From the NCBI GenBank assembly GCA_942493095.1, contig OW818675.1, positions 1,290,001 through 1,322,000 of the forward strand: a stretch of DNA of 32,000 nucleotides, written 5' to 3'. The notes under the pieces are model-generated. The model worked only from the letters and a program-made list of their open reading frames with translations. It had not been told where the DNA came from and did no database searches. Position numbers and translations under genes: made by a program. Shown one piece after another: positions 1 to 9,605 of the stretch (position 1 is its first letter; the number at the start of each line of letters is the position of its first letter). This DNA comes from Candidatus Electronema halotolerans (lineage in GTDB: Bacteria > Desulfobacterota > Desulfobulbia > Desulfobulbales > Desulfobulbaceae).

Positions 1-1530
1 GTAGGCCCGATTGGCCCGCAAGGTCTGAAGGGTGATAAAGGTGACAAGGGCGACACCGGCGATCAGGGAGAAGTAGGTCCCGAAGGCCCGACCGGTGCTC
101 AAGGCCCGCAGGGCGAAGTAGGCCCGATTGGCCCGCAAGGTCTGAAGGGTGATAAAGGTGACAAGGGCGACACTGGCGATCAGGGTCTGCCTGGCAACGA
201 CGGTGCTCAAGGCCCGCAGGGTGAAGTAGGCCCGATTGGCCCGCAAGGTCTGAAGGGTGACAAGGGCGACACTGGCGATCAGGGTCTGCCTGGCAACGAC
301 GGTGCTCAAGGCCCGCAGGGTGAAGTAGGCCCGATTGGCCCGCAAGGTCTGAAGGGTGACAAGGGCGACACTGGCGATCAGGGTCTGCCTGGCAACGACG
401 GTGCTCAAGGCCCGCAGGGCGAAGTAGGCCCGATTGGCCCGCAAGGTCTGAAGGGTGATAAAGGTGACAAGGGCGACACCGGCGATCAGGGAGAAGTAGG
501 TCCCGAAGGCCCGACCGGTGCTCAAGGCCCGCAAGGCGAAGTAGGCCCGATTGGCCCGCAAGGTCTGAAGGGTGACAAGGGCGACACTGGCGATCAGGGT
601 CTGCCTGGCAACGACGGTGCTCAAGGCCCGCAGGGTGAAGTAGGCCCGATTGGCCCGCAAGGTCTGAAGGGTGACAAGGGCGACACTGGCGATCAGGGTC
701 TGCCTGGCAACGACGGTGCTCAAGGCCCGCAGGGCGAAGTAGGCCCGATTGGCCCGCAAGGTCTGAAGGGTGATAAAGGTGACAAGGGCGACACCGGCGA
801 TCAGGGAGAAGTAGGTCCCGAAGGCCCGACCGGTGCTCAAGGCCCGCAAGGCGAAGTAGGCCCGATTGGCCCGCAAGGCCCGCAGGGCGAAGTAGGCCCG
901 ATTGGCCCCGAAGGCCCGCAAGGTCTGAAGGGTGATAAAGGTGACAAGGGCGACACCGGCGATCAGGGTCTGCCTGGCAACGACGGCGCTCAAGGCCCGC
1001 AGGGCGAAGTAGGCCCGATTGGCCCGCAAGGTCTGAAGGGTGATAAAGGTGACAAGGGCGACACTGGCGATCAGGGTCTGCCTGGCAACGACGGTGCTCA
1101 AGGCCCGCAGGGTGAAGTAGGCCCGATTGGCCCGCAAGGTCCCGAAGGCCCGACCGGTGCTCAAGGCCCGCAGGGTGAAGTAGGCCCGATTGGCCCGCAA
1201 GGTCTGAAGGGTGATAAAGGTGACAAGGGCGACACTGGCGATCAGGGTCTGCCTGGCAACGACGGTGCTCAAGGCCTGCAGGGTGAAGTAGGCCCGCAGG
1301 GTGAAGTAGGCCCGATTGGCCCGCAAGGTCCCGAAGGCCCGCAAGGTCTGAAAGGTGACAAGGGCGACACCGGCGATCAGGGAGAAGTAGGTCCCGAAGG
1401 CCCGACCGGTGCTCAAGGCCCGCAGGGTGAAGTAGGCCCCGAAGGCCCGCAAGGTCCCGCTGGTCCTGAAGGCCCGCAGGGGGCAACTGGTCCGCAGGGT
1501 GAACAAGGTCCGCAAGGTCCGAAGGGTGAC
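1..1530 (+). repeat. Modular near-identical tandem repeats encoding [25 protein letters not shown]([11 protein letters not shown] / [14 protein letters not shown])
   Basis: Direct reading: the same blocks recur almost verbatim with a mixed higher-order unit of roughly 100 bp and two alternative module tails. Confidence 0.93.
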
Positions 1531-2046
1531 ACCGGCGAATGCGAGTTGCCGTCAGTTCAGTGTGACTTCGGCCAGATATTGACTGGTTGGATCAATGGTC
1601 AACCAATCTGTGAAGATATGCCGGTTAACCTGATCGGTGGCTGCGAAACTGCCTTTGCTTACGGTGACACGACACTGAATTCCTTCCTCAACACCAATCG
1701 TTGGGGATGGCAAAACACTGTAGCCCCAGGAACGACGCTGACTCAGCCGATTTATGCCGGAGCTGGACAGAATGATATAACCAAGGGAACCAAGGTTGGT
1801 GATCTGACTATAGATTACACCGATACCACCAAAGTGACCGTCACCTACACCATGACAGCAGATGATATTATCATGAAGGAAACCCATCTGTATGTGGGTG
1901 AGGAGAGTGTCACAACGGCTGCACCGGGTCAGTATGGCCTTCAGGATGAAGGTTTGCTCAACGCAACCACTGACAGCTACACAGTGAATGTCAGCGGCAA
2001 GCCGGTCAAGGTCGTTGCTCATGCTGTAACCTGCACAAAAGACTAA
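1..2046 (+). CDS. Collagen-like (Gly-X-Y)n repeat protein, 5' truncated by window edge, with ~170-aa non-collagen C-terminal domain
   Basis: Frame 1 is open from base 1 ([23 protein letters not shown]...) to TAA at 2044-2046. Gly is at every third residue to about position 1530. The track ORF 1546..2046 is only the tail of this frame. Confidence 0.93.
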   Translation, partial: VGPIGPQGLKGDKGDKGDTGDQGEVGPEGPTGAQGPQGEVGPIGPQGLKGDKGDKGDTGDQGLPGNDGAQGPQGEVGPIGPQGLKGDKGDTGDQGLPGNDGAQGPQGEVGPIGPQGLKGDKGDTGDQGLPGNDGAQGPQGEVGPIGPQGLKGDKGDKGDTGDQGEVGPEGPTGAQGPQGEVGPIGPQGLKGDKGDTGDQGLPGNDGAQGPQGEVGPIGPQGLKGDKGDTGDQGLPGNDGAQGPQGEVGPIGPQGLKGDKGDKGDTGDQGEVGPEGPTGAQGPQGEVGPIGPQGPQGEVGPIGPEGPQGLKGDKGDKGDTGDQGLPGNDGAQGPQGEVGPIGPQGLKGDKGDKGDTGDQGLPGNDGAQGPQGEVGPIGPQGPEGPTGAQGPQGEVGPIGPQGLKGDKGDKGDTGDQGLPGNDGAQGLQGEVGPQGEVGPIGPQGPEGPQGLKGDKGDTGDQGEVGPEGPTGAQGPQGEVGPEGPQGPAGPEGPQGATGPQGEQGPQGPKGDTGECELPSVQCDFGQILTGWINGQPICEDMPVNLIGGCETAFAYGDTTLNSFLNTNRWGWQNTVAPGTTLTQPIYAGAGQNDITKGTKVGDLTIDYTDTTKVTVTYTMTADDIIMKETHLYVGEESVTTAAPGQYGLQDEGLLNATTDSYTVNVSGKPVKVVAHAVTCTKD

Positions 2047-2076
2047 CAGCGCAGGCTGACGGCAGAGGATGAGCCG

Positions 2077-2110
2077 AAAGGAGCATATCCGAAAGGGTCT
2101 GCTCCTTTTT
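2077..2110 (+). terminator. Rho-independent terminator
   Basis: AAAGGAGCA ... TGCTCCTTTTT inverted repeat with T-run just after the collagen-like gene stop. Confidence 0.75.
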
Positions 2111-2252
2111 GTTCTTCACGCTCCGGTAGTCAAAATTCAACTCCGCAGTGCATCAGTGGTGCTCTGTCTGTCAAAAGTAATTCTCCCTTTGCTTTTTTCT
2201 CCACAGTTCCCTAAAATACCCCTGCACGAATATACGCACGGAGGAGAACAAT

Positions 2253-3425
2253 ATGAATTTGATAATTTATCTACAGCACCCCTTAATCCTGACCGGAATT
2301 GGGCTGTTTTTTGCAGCATTGGCAGTCAAGGTGATATTCCTCGGCAAGGACAAGTCTTCTGGAACCGCAAGGAAGGCTATGCATCTTCTGCTGGTGCTTG
2401 CTATGCTGGCAACAGTGAGCGGTGCTCTCCTCAGTTGGCAAGGTGCTTCAATAGATGCCGTCGTTGAAATTTCGCCCACAGCAGTAATGAAGCCTGCCCA
2501 AACTGCCCAGCAAGCCTTTGAGAGCGGTCTGGAAGCTGAAAAGAAAATTGATTACAAGAACGCTTTGCTTCACTACAGCAAGGCACTGGAACTGGTGCCA
2601 GACAAACCGGAATATTTGCTTGCTGCGGGAAGGACAGATAGAAAGTTCGGCAAGTTTATCCAAGCGCAGGATTGGTTGGAGCGGCTCTTGCAACTGCGCG
2701 AGGCAGAAGGAAAGGATACTGCTGCCTTTGCTGAAGCGCAGAACGAATTGGCTCAACTCTATTATGATCAGGGCAAATATGCCAAAGCAGAATCTCTTTA
2801 TCAAAGTTCCTTGGAAATCAGAAAGGTGGTGTTTGGTGACGATGCTCCTGAAGTCGCGCAAAGCTTGAACAATCTCGCAGCAGCGTATCGTGAGCAGGGA
2901 AAATACGAGGCAGCAGAATCATTATGCGAACGCGCTTTGGCAATCCAAGAGCAGACTCTTGGTAAGGAAAATCCAGCAGTAGCTGAAACGCTCAACAATT
3001 TGGCCCTGCTGTATCGAGTGCAAAGAAAATATAAGGAAGCGGAACCGCTGCATCAGCGCGCTCTGAAAATCAGAGAGCAGACTTTTGGCAAGGATTATCC
3101 GGCAGTAGCTGAAACCCTTAACAATCTTGGTTCGCTGTATTATCAGCAAGGACGCTATAACGAGGCGGAACCGCTGTATCAGCGCGCTCTGAAAATCAGG
3201 GAGCAATTCCTTGGGAAAGAGCATCCGGCTGTGGCTGAAATCCTTAGCAATCTTGCCTTGATCTACAAAGCGCAAAGAAAATACACAGAGGCAGAGTCCC
3301 TGTATCAGCGCAGCATAGCTATTCTCACAGCAGCCTTCCCTGATGGGCATCTCAATATTACCCGCTATCAGGCAAATTACGATGAACTGAAGCGTAAGAT
3401 GGCTGAACAAGAACAGCAGCAGTAA
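2253..3425 (+). CDS. Membrane-anchored tetratricopeptide (kinesin-light-chain-like TPR) repeat protein
   Basis: N-terminal hydrophobic segments (LILTGIGLFFAALAVKVIF; MHLLLVLAMLATVSGALL), then repeated AETLNNLALLYRxQxKYxEAEPLYQRALKIREQxxGKxHPAVAE units of 42 aa. Confidence 0.9.
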   Translation: MNLIIYLQHPLILTGIGLFFAALAVKVIFLGKDKSSGTARKAMHLLLVLAMLATVSGALLSWQGASIDAVVEISPTAVMKPAQTAQQAFESGLEAEKKIDYKNALLHYSKALELVPDKPEYLLAAGRTDRKFGKFIQAQDWLERLLQLREAEGKDTAAFAEAQNELAQLYYDQGKYAKAESLYQSSLEIRKVVFGDDAPEVAQSLNNLAAAYREQGKYEAAESLCERALAIQEQTLGKENPAVAETLNNLALLYRVQRKYKEAEPLHQRALKIREQTFGKDYPAVAETLNNLGSLYYQQGRYNEAEPLYQRALKIREQFLGKEHPAVAEILSNLALIYKAQRKYTEAESLYQRSIAILTAAFPDGHLNITRYQANYDELKRKMAEQEQQQ

Positions 3426-3456
3426 CGACTGAATAACGCTGCTTTTGACGTTTATC

Positions 3457-3494
3457 AACACCCCGTCCCTTTCCTTGGGGACGGGGTGTTTTTA
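3457..3494 (+). terminator. Rho-independent terminator
   Basis: CACCCCGTCCC ... GGGACGGGGTG followed by TTTTT. Confidence 0.85.
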
Positions 3495-3585
3495 TTGCAA
3501 ATTCGTTAAGGTATGACTCAAAAAAATAGGTTGACAGGCTGCTGCAACCTTGCTGCGCAGCTCTGAACGACATGAAAGGAGTATA

Positions 3586-3672
3586 ATGAACAGGGCGGCA
3601 TTAGGCAAGAAAAAGGGAAACAGCTTCATGATTCAGCCAAGTTTGGCAGCCTGCGGAAAAAAAACAGCTTGA
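3586..3672 (+). CDS. Possible 28-aa small ORF (MNRAALGKKKGNSFMIQPSLAACGKKTA) upstream of the ArsR gene
   Basis: ATG preceded by AAAGGAGTATA (good Shine-Dalgarno and spacing). The stop lies inside the predicted -35 of the next promoter. Confidence 0.3.
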   Translation: MNRAALGKKKGNSFMIQPSLAACGKKTA

Positions 3673-3718
3673 CAGTTTCCTGCCTGAAGGTTAATTTTAT
3701 AGTTAATTACTTAACTAT
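3669..3718 (+). promoter_or_regulatory. Predicted sigma70-like promoter with palindromic operator ATAGTTAA-ttac-TTAACTAT
   Basis: TTGACA at 3669-3674, 17 nt spacer, TAATTT at 3692-3697. Perfect 8-bp inverted repeat at 3699-3718, 13 bp before the ArsR-family start codon. Confidence 0.6.
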
Positions 3719-3731
3719 CACGCTTGCCGCC

Positions 3732-4019
3732 ATGAACGACAATCAAGTCAGCGACCTCGCGCTCCTGCTCAAATCCATTTCCCATCCCATCCGGCTGCAA
3801 ATCCTCTGCCTGCTGCAAAACAGGGAGCTGTCAGTCGGCGAGCTGCGCGAGGGGATGGCGACCAGCGGGGCCAACATCAGCCAGCACCTCAACATCATGC
3901 GCAATCATGGCATCATCGCTTCCCGCAAGGAGGCCAACTTTGTCTATAATCGGATTGCGGATAATCGGATCATCGAATTGATGCAAACCATGAAACAGCT
4001 CTTTTGCAGCATTAACTGA
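3732..4019 (+). CDS. ArsR-family winged-helix transcriptional regulator
   Basis: SHPIRLQILCLLQNRELSVGELREGMATSGANISQHLNIMRNHGIIASRKEANFVYNRI is typical of ArsR HTH. The internal ATG at 3732 is preferred over the TTG at 3669 because the latter is inside the promoter. Confidence 0.85.
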   Translation: MNDNQVSDLALLLKSISHPIRLQILCLLQNRELSVGELREGMATSGANISQHLNIMRNHGIIASRKEANFVYNRIADNRIIELMQTMKQLFCSIN

Positions 4020-4052
4020 ACAGCACAGCTTTGCAAGAACAAGGAGGAAATC

Positions 4053-6680
4053 ATGCAGGCGGAGAAAATCATCGGCTTTTCCCTGAAAAAGCCCAAGGCG
4101 GTGATCGCGGCCATGCTTGCGGCCACTTTGATCATCGGGGCCTTCATTGTCCGGGTCCACGTTGACACAGACCCGGAAAACATGCTCTCTGAGGACGAGC
4201 ATGTCCGCGTTTTTCATGCCCAGACCAAAAAGGAATTTGGTCTGCACGACGTGGTGGTGCTGGGCGTGGTCAACGAGGAGAACCCGGACGGTGTGTTCAA
4301 CCCGGCAACCCTGAAAAAGGTTCATGCCCTGAGCAAGTTCGCAGGCACCTTGGCTGACCCGGACGACCCGACCCGGAAAGTGGTGGCGCGGGACATCATT
4401 GCCCCGGACAATGTGGACAACATTATTCAGGCCGGGCTGGGGCAGGTGCGCTTTGAGTGGCTGATGCAGGAACCGCCGACCACCCGTGAAGGTGCCCTGA
4501 AAGTCCGGGATGCGGCCTTGGATAATCCGCTCCTCAAAGGGACAATGGTTTCTGAGGACGGCAAAGCCTTGGCCATTTATCTGCCCATCACCAAGAAGGA
4601 TTTCGCCCATGCCACTGCCGAGCGGCTGCGGGAGAAAATCCAGGAGCTGGGGCCTGCGAACGGTGACGAGTTCCATATCACCGGCCTGCCTGTGGCGGAA
4701 GACACCTTTGGCAAGGAGATGTTTGTCCAGATGGCGATTTCCGCGCCTATGGCCATGCTGATGATCTTCCTGCTCATGTACTATTTCTTCCGCAATTTGC
4801 AGCTCATCATTGCGCCGATGATCTTGGCGGGCTGCGCTGTGGTCATCACGATGGGGCTGCTGATCGGCACCGGCCACACCCTGCACATCATGAGTTCGAT
4901 GATTCCGATCTTCATCATGCCGATTGCAGTGGTCGATTCGGTGCATATTCTCTCGGAATTCTTTGACCTCTACCAGAAAAAGAAGAACCGGCGCGAGACC
5001 TTGATCTATGTGATGGGCGACCTGTTCTGGCCCATGCTCTTCACCTCGCTGACCTCTTCAGTCGGCTTCATCTCCCTGGCATGGACACCGATTCCGCCGG
5101 TGCGGGCCTTTGGCATTTTTGTCGGCATCGGCATCTTGCTGGCTTGGGTGATGACCATCCTCTTCATCCCAGCCTATGTCATGCTCATCCCGGAGAAAAA
5201 GCTGGAGAGCTTTGGCGCGTCCGCTGATCATGCGGATCACAAAAATTCGCCGCTCAACCGGCATCTGCGCTGGGTCGGCAAAACTTCGATCAGCAAGCCG
5301 TGGGTAGTGATCGGCGTGAACCTTGGCATCATGTTCATCGGCGTGATCGGCATGTTCCTGATTCAGGTCAATGACAACCCGGTCAAATGGTTCAAGAAGA
5401 CGCACGAGGTGCGGGTGGCGGACAAAGTTTTGAATCGGCATTTCGGCGGCACATACGAAGCCTATCTGGTGCTGTCCGGCAATGCCAAGGAGCTGACTGC
5501 GCCTGAGACTGTCGCTTTGCTGGAAAAAGAAGTACAATCAATCCCAAGCGCCAACCCGGCCCTGCAAGAGACTGCGCTGAACAGCATCAAGGCCGAAGCT
5601 GAGGGCCTGCAAACCGGCACGGAATTGTTGGACAGCCTGAATCAGGCATGGAACAGTCAGTTGGACAATGTGGCGGCGGATGACGATGCAGGCTATGAGT
5701 TCTGGACTGCGGCAATCAACACGATTGGCAAAGTGGGCGCCAGCAAGGAAGTCTTCAAACGGCCTGAGCTGCTGCGCTGGATTGCTGATTTTCAGGCGCA
5801 TATAGCCAAGCAGGGCGATGTGGGCAAGTCGAACAGCATCAGCGACGTGGTCAAGAAGGTGCATCAGGAGCTGTACGAGGGCAATCCGCAGCATTTCACC
5901 ATCCCGGACACAGTCAATGCAGTGGCGGAAACCCTGATTTCCTTTCAGAACAGTCACAAGCCGGATGATCTCTGGCATTTGGTCACGCCAGACTACACCA
6001 AGGCCAATCTCTGGATTCAGCTACGCAGCGGCGACAACAAGGACATGGAGCGGGTGGTTGAGGATGTGGAGCAGTATTTTGCCAGCAATCCGCCGCCGGT
6101 GAAACTGACGCACGAATGGGCGGGGCTGACCTATATCAATGTGGTCTGGCAGAACAAGATGGTTGTCGGCATGATGGAGTCTTTCCTGTCCAGTTTTGTG
6201 CTGGTCTTCCTGATGATGGCCTTCCTGTTCCGCTCGCCGACTTGGGGCCTGCTGGCGATGATTCCGTTGACTTTCACCATTGGTTTCATCTATGGTTTTA
6301 TTGGTCTGATCGGCAAGGATTACGACATGCCAGTGGCGGTGCTCTCCTCGCTGGCCTTGGGCTTGGCGGTTGACTTTGCCATTCATTTCCTCCAGCGCAC
6401 CCGGATGACAATGGCCAAGACTGGCGACTGGAACGCGACGATCACGGATATGTTTGACGAGCCAGCGCGGGCGATTTTCCGCAATATCATTGTGATTGCG
6501 GTGGGATTCACGCCGCTGCTGCTCGCGCCGCTGGTCCCGTATCAGACAGTGGGCGTGTTCTTGGCCACGATCATGTTCTACTCCGGCCTTGCGACCCTGT
6601 GGATTCTTCCTGCATTGCTGACGGTGATGAAGGGCTGGGTCTTTAAGCGGGAGTTGAAGGCGTTTGCGGAGAAGGGTTGA
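4053..6680 (+). CDS. MMPL/RND-family efflux transporter (sterol-sensing-domain-like, HpnN-like)
   Basis: 875 aa, two repeated sets of hydrophobic helices separated by large periplasmic loops. Motifs include GTGHTLHIMSSMIPIFIMPIAVVDSVHILSEFFDLY and LGLAVDFAIHFLQRTR. Confidence 0.88.
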   Translation: MQAEKIIGFSLKKPKAVIAAMLAATLIIGAFIVRVHVDTDPENMLSEDEHVRVFHAQTKKEFGLHDVVVLGVVNEENPDGVFNPATLKKVHALSKFAGTLADPDDPTRKVVARDIIAPDNVDNIIQAGLGQVRFEWLMQEPPTTREGALKVRDAALDNPLLKGTMVSEDGKALAIYLPITKKDFAHATAERLREKIQELGPANGDEFHITGLPVAEDTFGKEMFVQMAISAPMAMLMIFLLMYYFFRNLQLIIAPMILAGCAVVITMGLLIGTGHTLHIMSSMIPIFIMPIAVVDSVHILSEFFDLYQKKKNRRETLIYVMGDLFWPMLFTSLTSSVGFISLAWTPIPPVRAFGIFVGIGILLAWVMTILFIPAYVMLIPEKKLESFGASADHADHKNSPLNRHLRWVGKTSISKPWVVIGVNLGIMFIGVIGMFLIQVNDNPVKWFKKTHEVRVADKVLNRHFGGTYEAYLVLSGNAKELTAPETVALLEKEVQSIPSANPALQETALNSIKAEAEGLQTGTELLDSLNQAWNSQLDNVAADDDAGYEFWTAAINTIGKVGASKEVFKRPELLRWIADFQAHIAKQGDVGKSNSISDVVKKVHQELYEGNPQHFTIPDTVNAVAETLISFQNSHKPDDLWHLVTPDYTKANLWIQLRSGDNKDMERVVEDVEQYFASNPPPVKLTHEWAGLTYINVVWQNKMVVGMMESFLSSFVLVFLMMAFLFRSPTWGLLAMIPLTFTIGFIYGFIGLIGKDYDMPVAVLSSLALGLAVDFAIHFLQRTRMTMAKTGDWNATITDMFDEPARAIFRNIIVIAVGFTPLLLAPLVPYQTVGVFLATIMFYSGLATLWILPALLTVMKGWVFKRELKAFAEKG

Positions 6681-7229
6681 GAGGTGGACTTTCTCGGCAA
6701 CATTCCGGTAACGGGGTGTTGCCGGAGAGGAAACTCTTGCTCAATTAATACGTATTGCTGAAATTGAACATATTATGATTCTTGAATTTTATAAATCACA
6801 TCTTTCTATCACCGAGTTAGCACAAACTGAACTTCCAGAGTTTACTGTGTTGACTGGAGTGAACGGCTCTGGAAAAAGTCATCTGCTATCTGCCATTGCA
6901 AGCCAGAGTATACGGATTCAAGGAATGGAGCAGCCAAGAATTGTCCTGTTTAACTATGCAACATTCAAGTTGGATAATGAACCTGTTTTAAACTCGCATC
7001 AACTTTTTTCTGAAAAAGAGGCAGCTTGGCAATTTTGTCAACAGGTTAAAAAAAACGCTTGGCGTGCTCAATTTGGTGAAGATTATGAGACTATTAGACA
7101 TGAATGTATTAATTCCAACTTGCCCTTCTGGGAAGTGACAGACTCAAGAATAGAACCATACAGGCAAAATCTTAAAAATTGGTACAGTCAGGCGAAACTA
7201 AAGAATACCCAGCAAGCTCAAGGCATCTA

Positions 7230-8274
7230 TAGCGGTTTCGTATTGAACAGATATCAAACCCAGCAATGACGGAAAAACGATTTGATTGATTTTGACTTAA
7301 CCGTTTTCAGAGATATATCATAAGCTTCCATCAGCTCACGCTCTGTTCTCGGCTTCAATTTTCTTATAGTGTTTTTCATTACTGACCAGCAGTATTCAAT
7401 AGGGTTCAGTTCAGGACGATAAGGAGGGAGGAAAATGATCTTCGCTCCTGTACTTCTGATCAAAGCGAGAGCTTCTTTGTTTTTATGAGGACTGGCATTG
7501 TCAAGAACGACTGTCTTGCTGCTGTCAAGATATTTCAAAAGATAATTTTTTATATAGAAATAAAAGACATCTCCTGTCATGGTGCCTTTAAATTTCATGC
7601 ACTTCAATATTTTTCCAAACTTTACAGCTCCTATCATGCTTATTCTTTTCCCTTTACCTGAAGGTCTTTTTGAAAAAGCTCTTGTTCCTTTTCTTGATCT
7701 TGCAAATTTTCTCGACATGTTCAAACAGCATCCTGTCTCATCAATAAAGATGAAATTCTTTTTGTCAGCCTCGAGCAGGCCTGCAAGGTAATTAACTGTC
7801 TTTGCTATATTTTCCTCTTTATACGCCGCCGGATCGCGGAAAGTTTTTTTTTCCGGCTGATTTTCAGTCTGGCGAGAGTTTCGCACAGCGTGGAAGGTGC
7901 TATTTTTAAATTGAATTTCTCGTATAAGCGATCACACATCTCTTCAAGCGTAAGATCGTTCTCGTCATCAATCATGCTGGTCAGAAAAGGCATATGAACT
8001 TCCTTGATTTTCGGAGGATTTCCGCCTTTATGAGGCTTCGGCTCAAGCGTCCCCTCAGTCTTCCATCTTTTTACAAGACTTTGAACAAATTTATAGGAAA
8101 CGTCAAGCAAATCTGCAGTTCTTCTCAATGATTTCTGTTTTTCATAAACAGACAAGACTTTCTTTCTGAAATCAATAGAATAAATCATGGCAGACCTCCG
8201 TGTGTAAAAAAATGGAAAAAACAGACAAGTCAAGTTTAATCTTTTTCTGATAACCATACAACCTGAAACCGCTA
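7230..8274 (-). mobile_element. IS630-family insertion sequence, 1045 bp, TA target duplication
   Basis: Terminal inverted repeats TAGCGGTTTC (7230-7239) / GAAACCGCTA (8265-8274), flanked by TA at 7228-7229 and 8275-8276. Transposase lies on the minus strand. Confidence 0.9.
7254..8188 (-). CDS. IS630-family DDE transposase, encoded in two overlapping frames joined by a likely -1 frameshift
   Basis: Upstream frame MIYSIDFRKKVLSVYEKQKSLRRTADLLDVSYKFVQSLVKRW (HTH). Downstream frame FIDETG ... VVLDNASPH ... PYRPELNPIEYCWSVMK (DDE). Frames overlap over an A9 run on the minus strand (T9 at 7844-7852). Confidence 0.88.
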
Positions 8275-9605
8275 TATGCAATGGCAAGAAAGCTGCCGTA
8301 TGGAATAGATGATATTGAGCATGATGATTTTTTTTCTCTGTATAAGCCATTCATTGTCAAGGACGATTTTTTACCGAGTCAACTTGGACGTGTTTTTTGG
8401 GATTACTATGTAACATATCAACAAAATCAGCTACACGAATACCAAAACGAAAAGTACAATAAGAATTATCCGGTTTTATCAGAAGACGAATTCATTAGGA
8501 AGCACGGTGAAAAACCTTGGGATATAGTTAACCTGATATTGGAAAAATTAAATACAGTAACATATAGGGTAAACTCACCAGAAGGTGAAGATATTTTTGG
8601 AAATTTCAAGCTAAAAATATACCATACCGAAAAGAAAGAACTTCAGATAGATTTCAGCAATCTTTCATCCGGCGAACAGGTGCTTATGGCCTTGGTCGCC
8701 TCTGTTTATAAAGCATCTGCCGACAATCTTTTTCCAGATGTATTGCTGCTTGACGAAGTGGACGCATCACTGCATCCGTCTATGATGAAAAATATGCTTG
8801 AAGTCATAGAGGATGTATTTCTTCGTCAGTCCGTCAAAGTCATTCTTGTCACACATTCTCCTACCACCATTGCCTTAGCACCGGAAGATTCTGTTCATAT
8901 TATGAATCCAAGCGGTGCCCAGCGAATTATCAAGACAACGAGACAGGAGGCTTTGGCCATCCTGACTCAAGGTTATGCTACTCTTGATGAAGGACTAAAG
9001 CTGTTTGATGAGATCGGCCATGAAAAACTGACCATTATCACAGAAGGCTATAATACTTCTTTTTTGCGTAAAGCTCTGGAACTTAATCGGATAAACGGGG
9101 TGAACATTTTGGATGACTTGGAATCCATCACTGGAGATTCTCAACTCAGAACATTGTTTGATTTCTTTACAAAAATACAGCATGATAACAAAGTGCTCTT
9201 TGTGTGGGACTGCGATGTTTGGCCTAAGTACAATAAACTCACCGAGTCTAATAACACCTATCCTTTTATCTTTGAACGGAATAACGAGAATAAACTGACA
9301 GAAAATGGTATCGAAAATCTATTTTCAGAAAGTCTATTCTCAGGCATGATCACATGTACAACATCAAGTCTTGGTAAAAAACGAGAAGCTTTTGATAGCA
9401 ACAGAAAGCGAGACTTTGAGAAACTCATTATGGAGCATAACGATCCTGAAGATTTCAAGCTGTTCGCTCCGTTTGTAACGAAGGTTCAGGAGCTTATTTC
9501 ATAACAGAAGCAGCTTCCCAACCTTGTAAGTTGGGACAAGGAACGTCCCGATAAAACCGGAAGATGGATTCAGAGGGACAACTTACGGGACAAACGCACG
9601 GCCCA

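Larger units (their letters stand above)
6775..9504 (+). pseudogene. AAA ATPase with TOPRIM-like (OLD-like) C-terminal domain, split by IS630-family insertion
   Basis: N-part has Walker A GVNGSGKS. C-part has LSSGEQ signature, Walker B VLLLDEVDASLHP, an H-loop-like VTHSPT and a TOPRIM-like pair (ITEGYNTSFL; VWDCDVW). Removing 7230-8274 plus one TA gives a continuous 561-codon ORF (560 aa plus stop). Confidence 0.85.

Noticed and set aside
1-1530. Repetitive DNA as a CRISPR array or noncoding satellite
   Set aside because: Periodicity is a multiple of 9 bp and reads uninterrupted Gly-X-Y in frame 1. There are no unique spacers.
3831-4946. 371-aa minus-strand ORF
   Set aside because: It is antisense to the well-supported ArsR/MMPL genes. 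The His/Gln/Arg-rich product is typical of a shadow ORF in GC-rich coding DNA.
5058-6386. Several minus-strand ORFs opposite the MMPL gene
   Set aside because: Shadow ORFs with no recognisable motifs and low-complexity composition.
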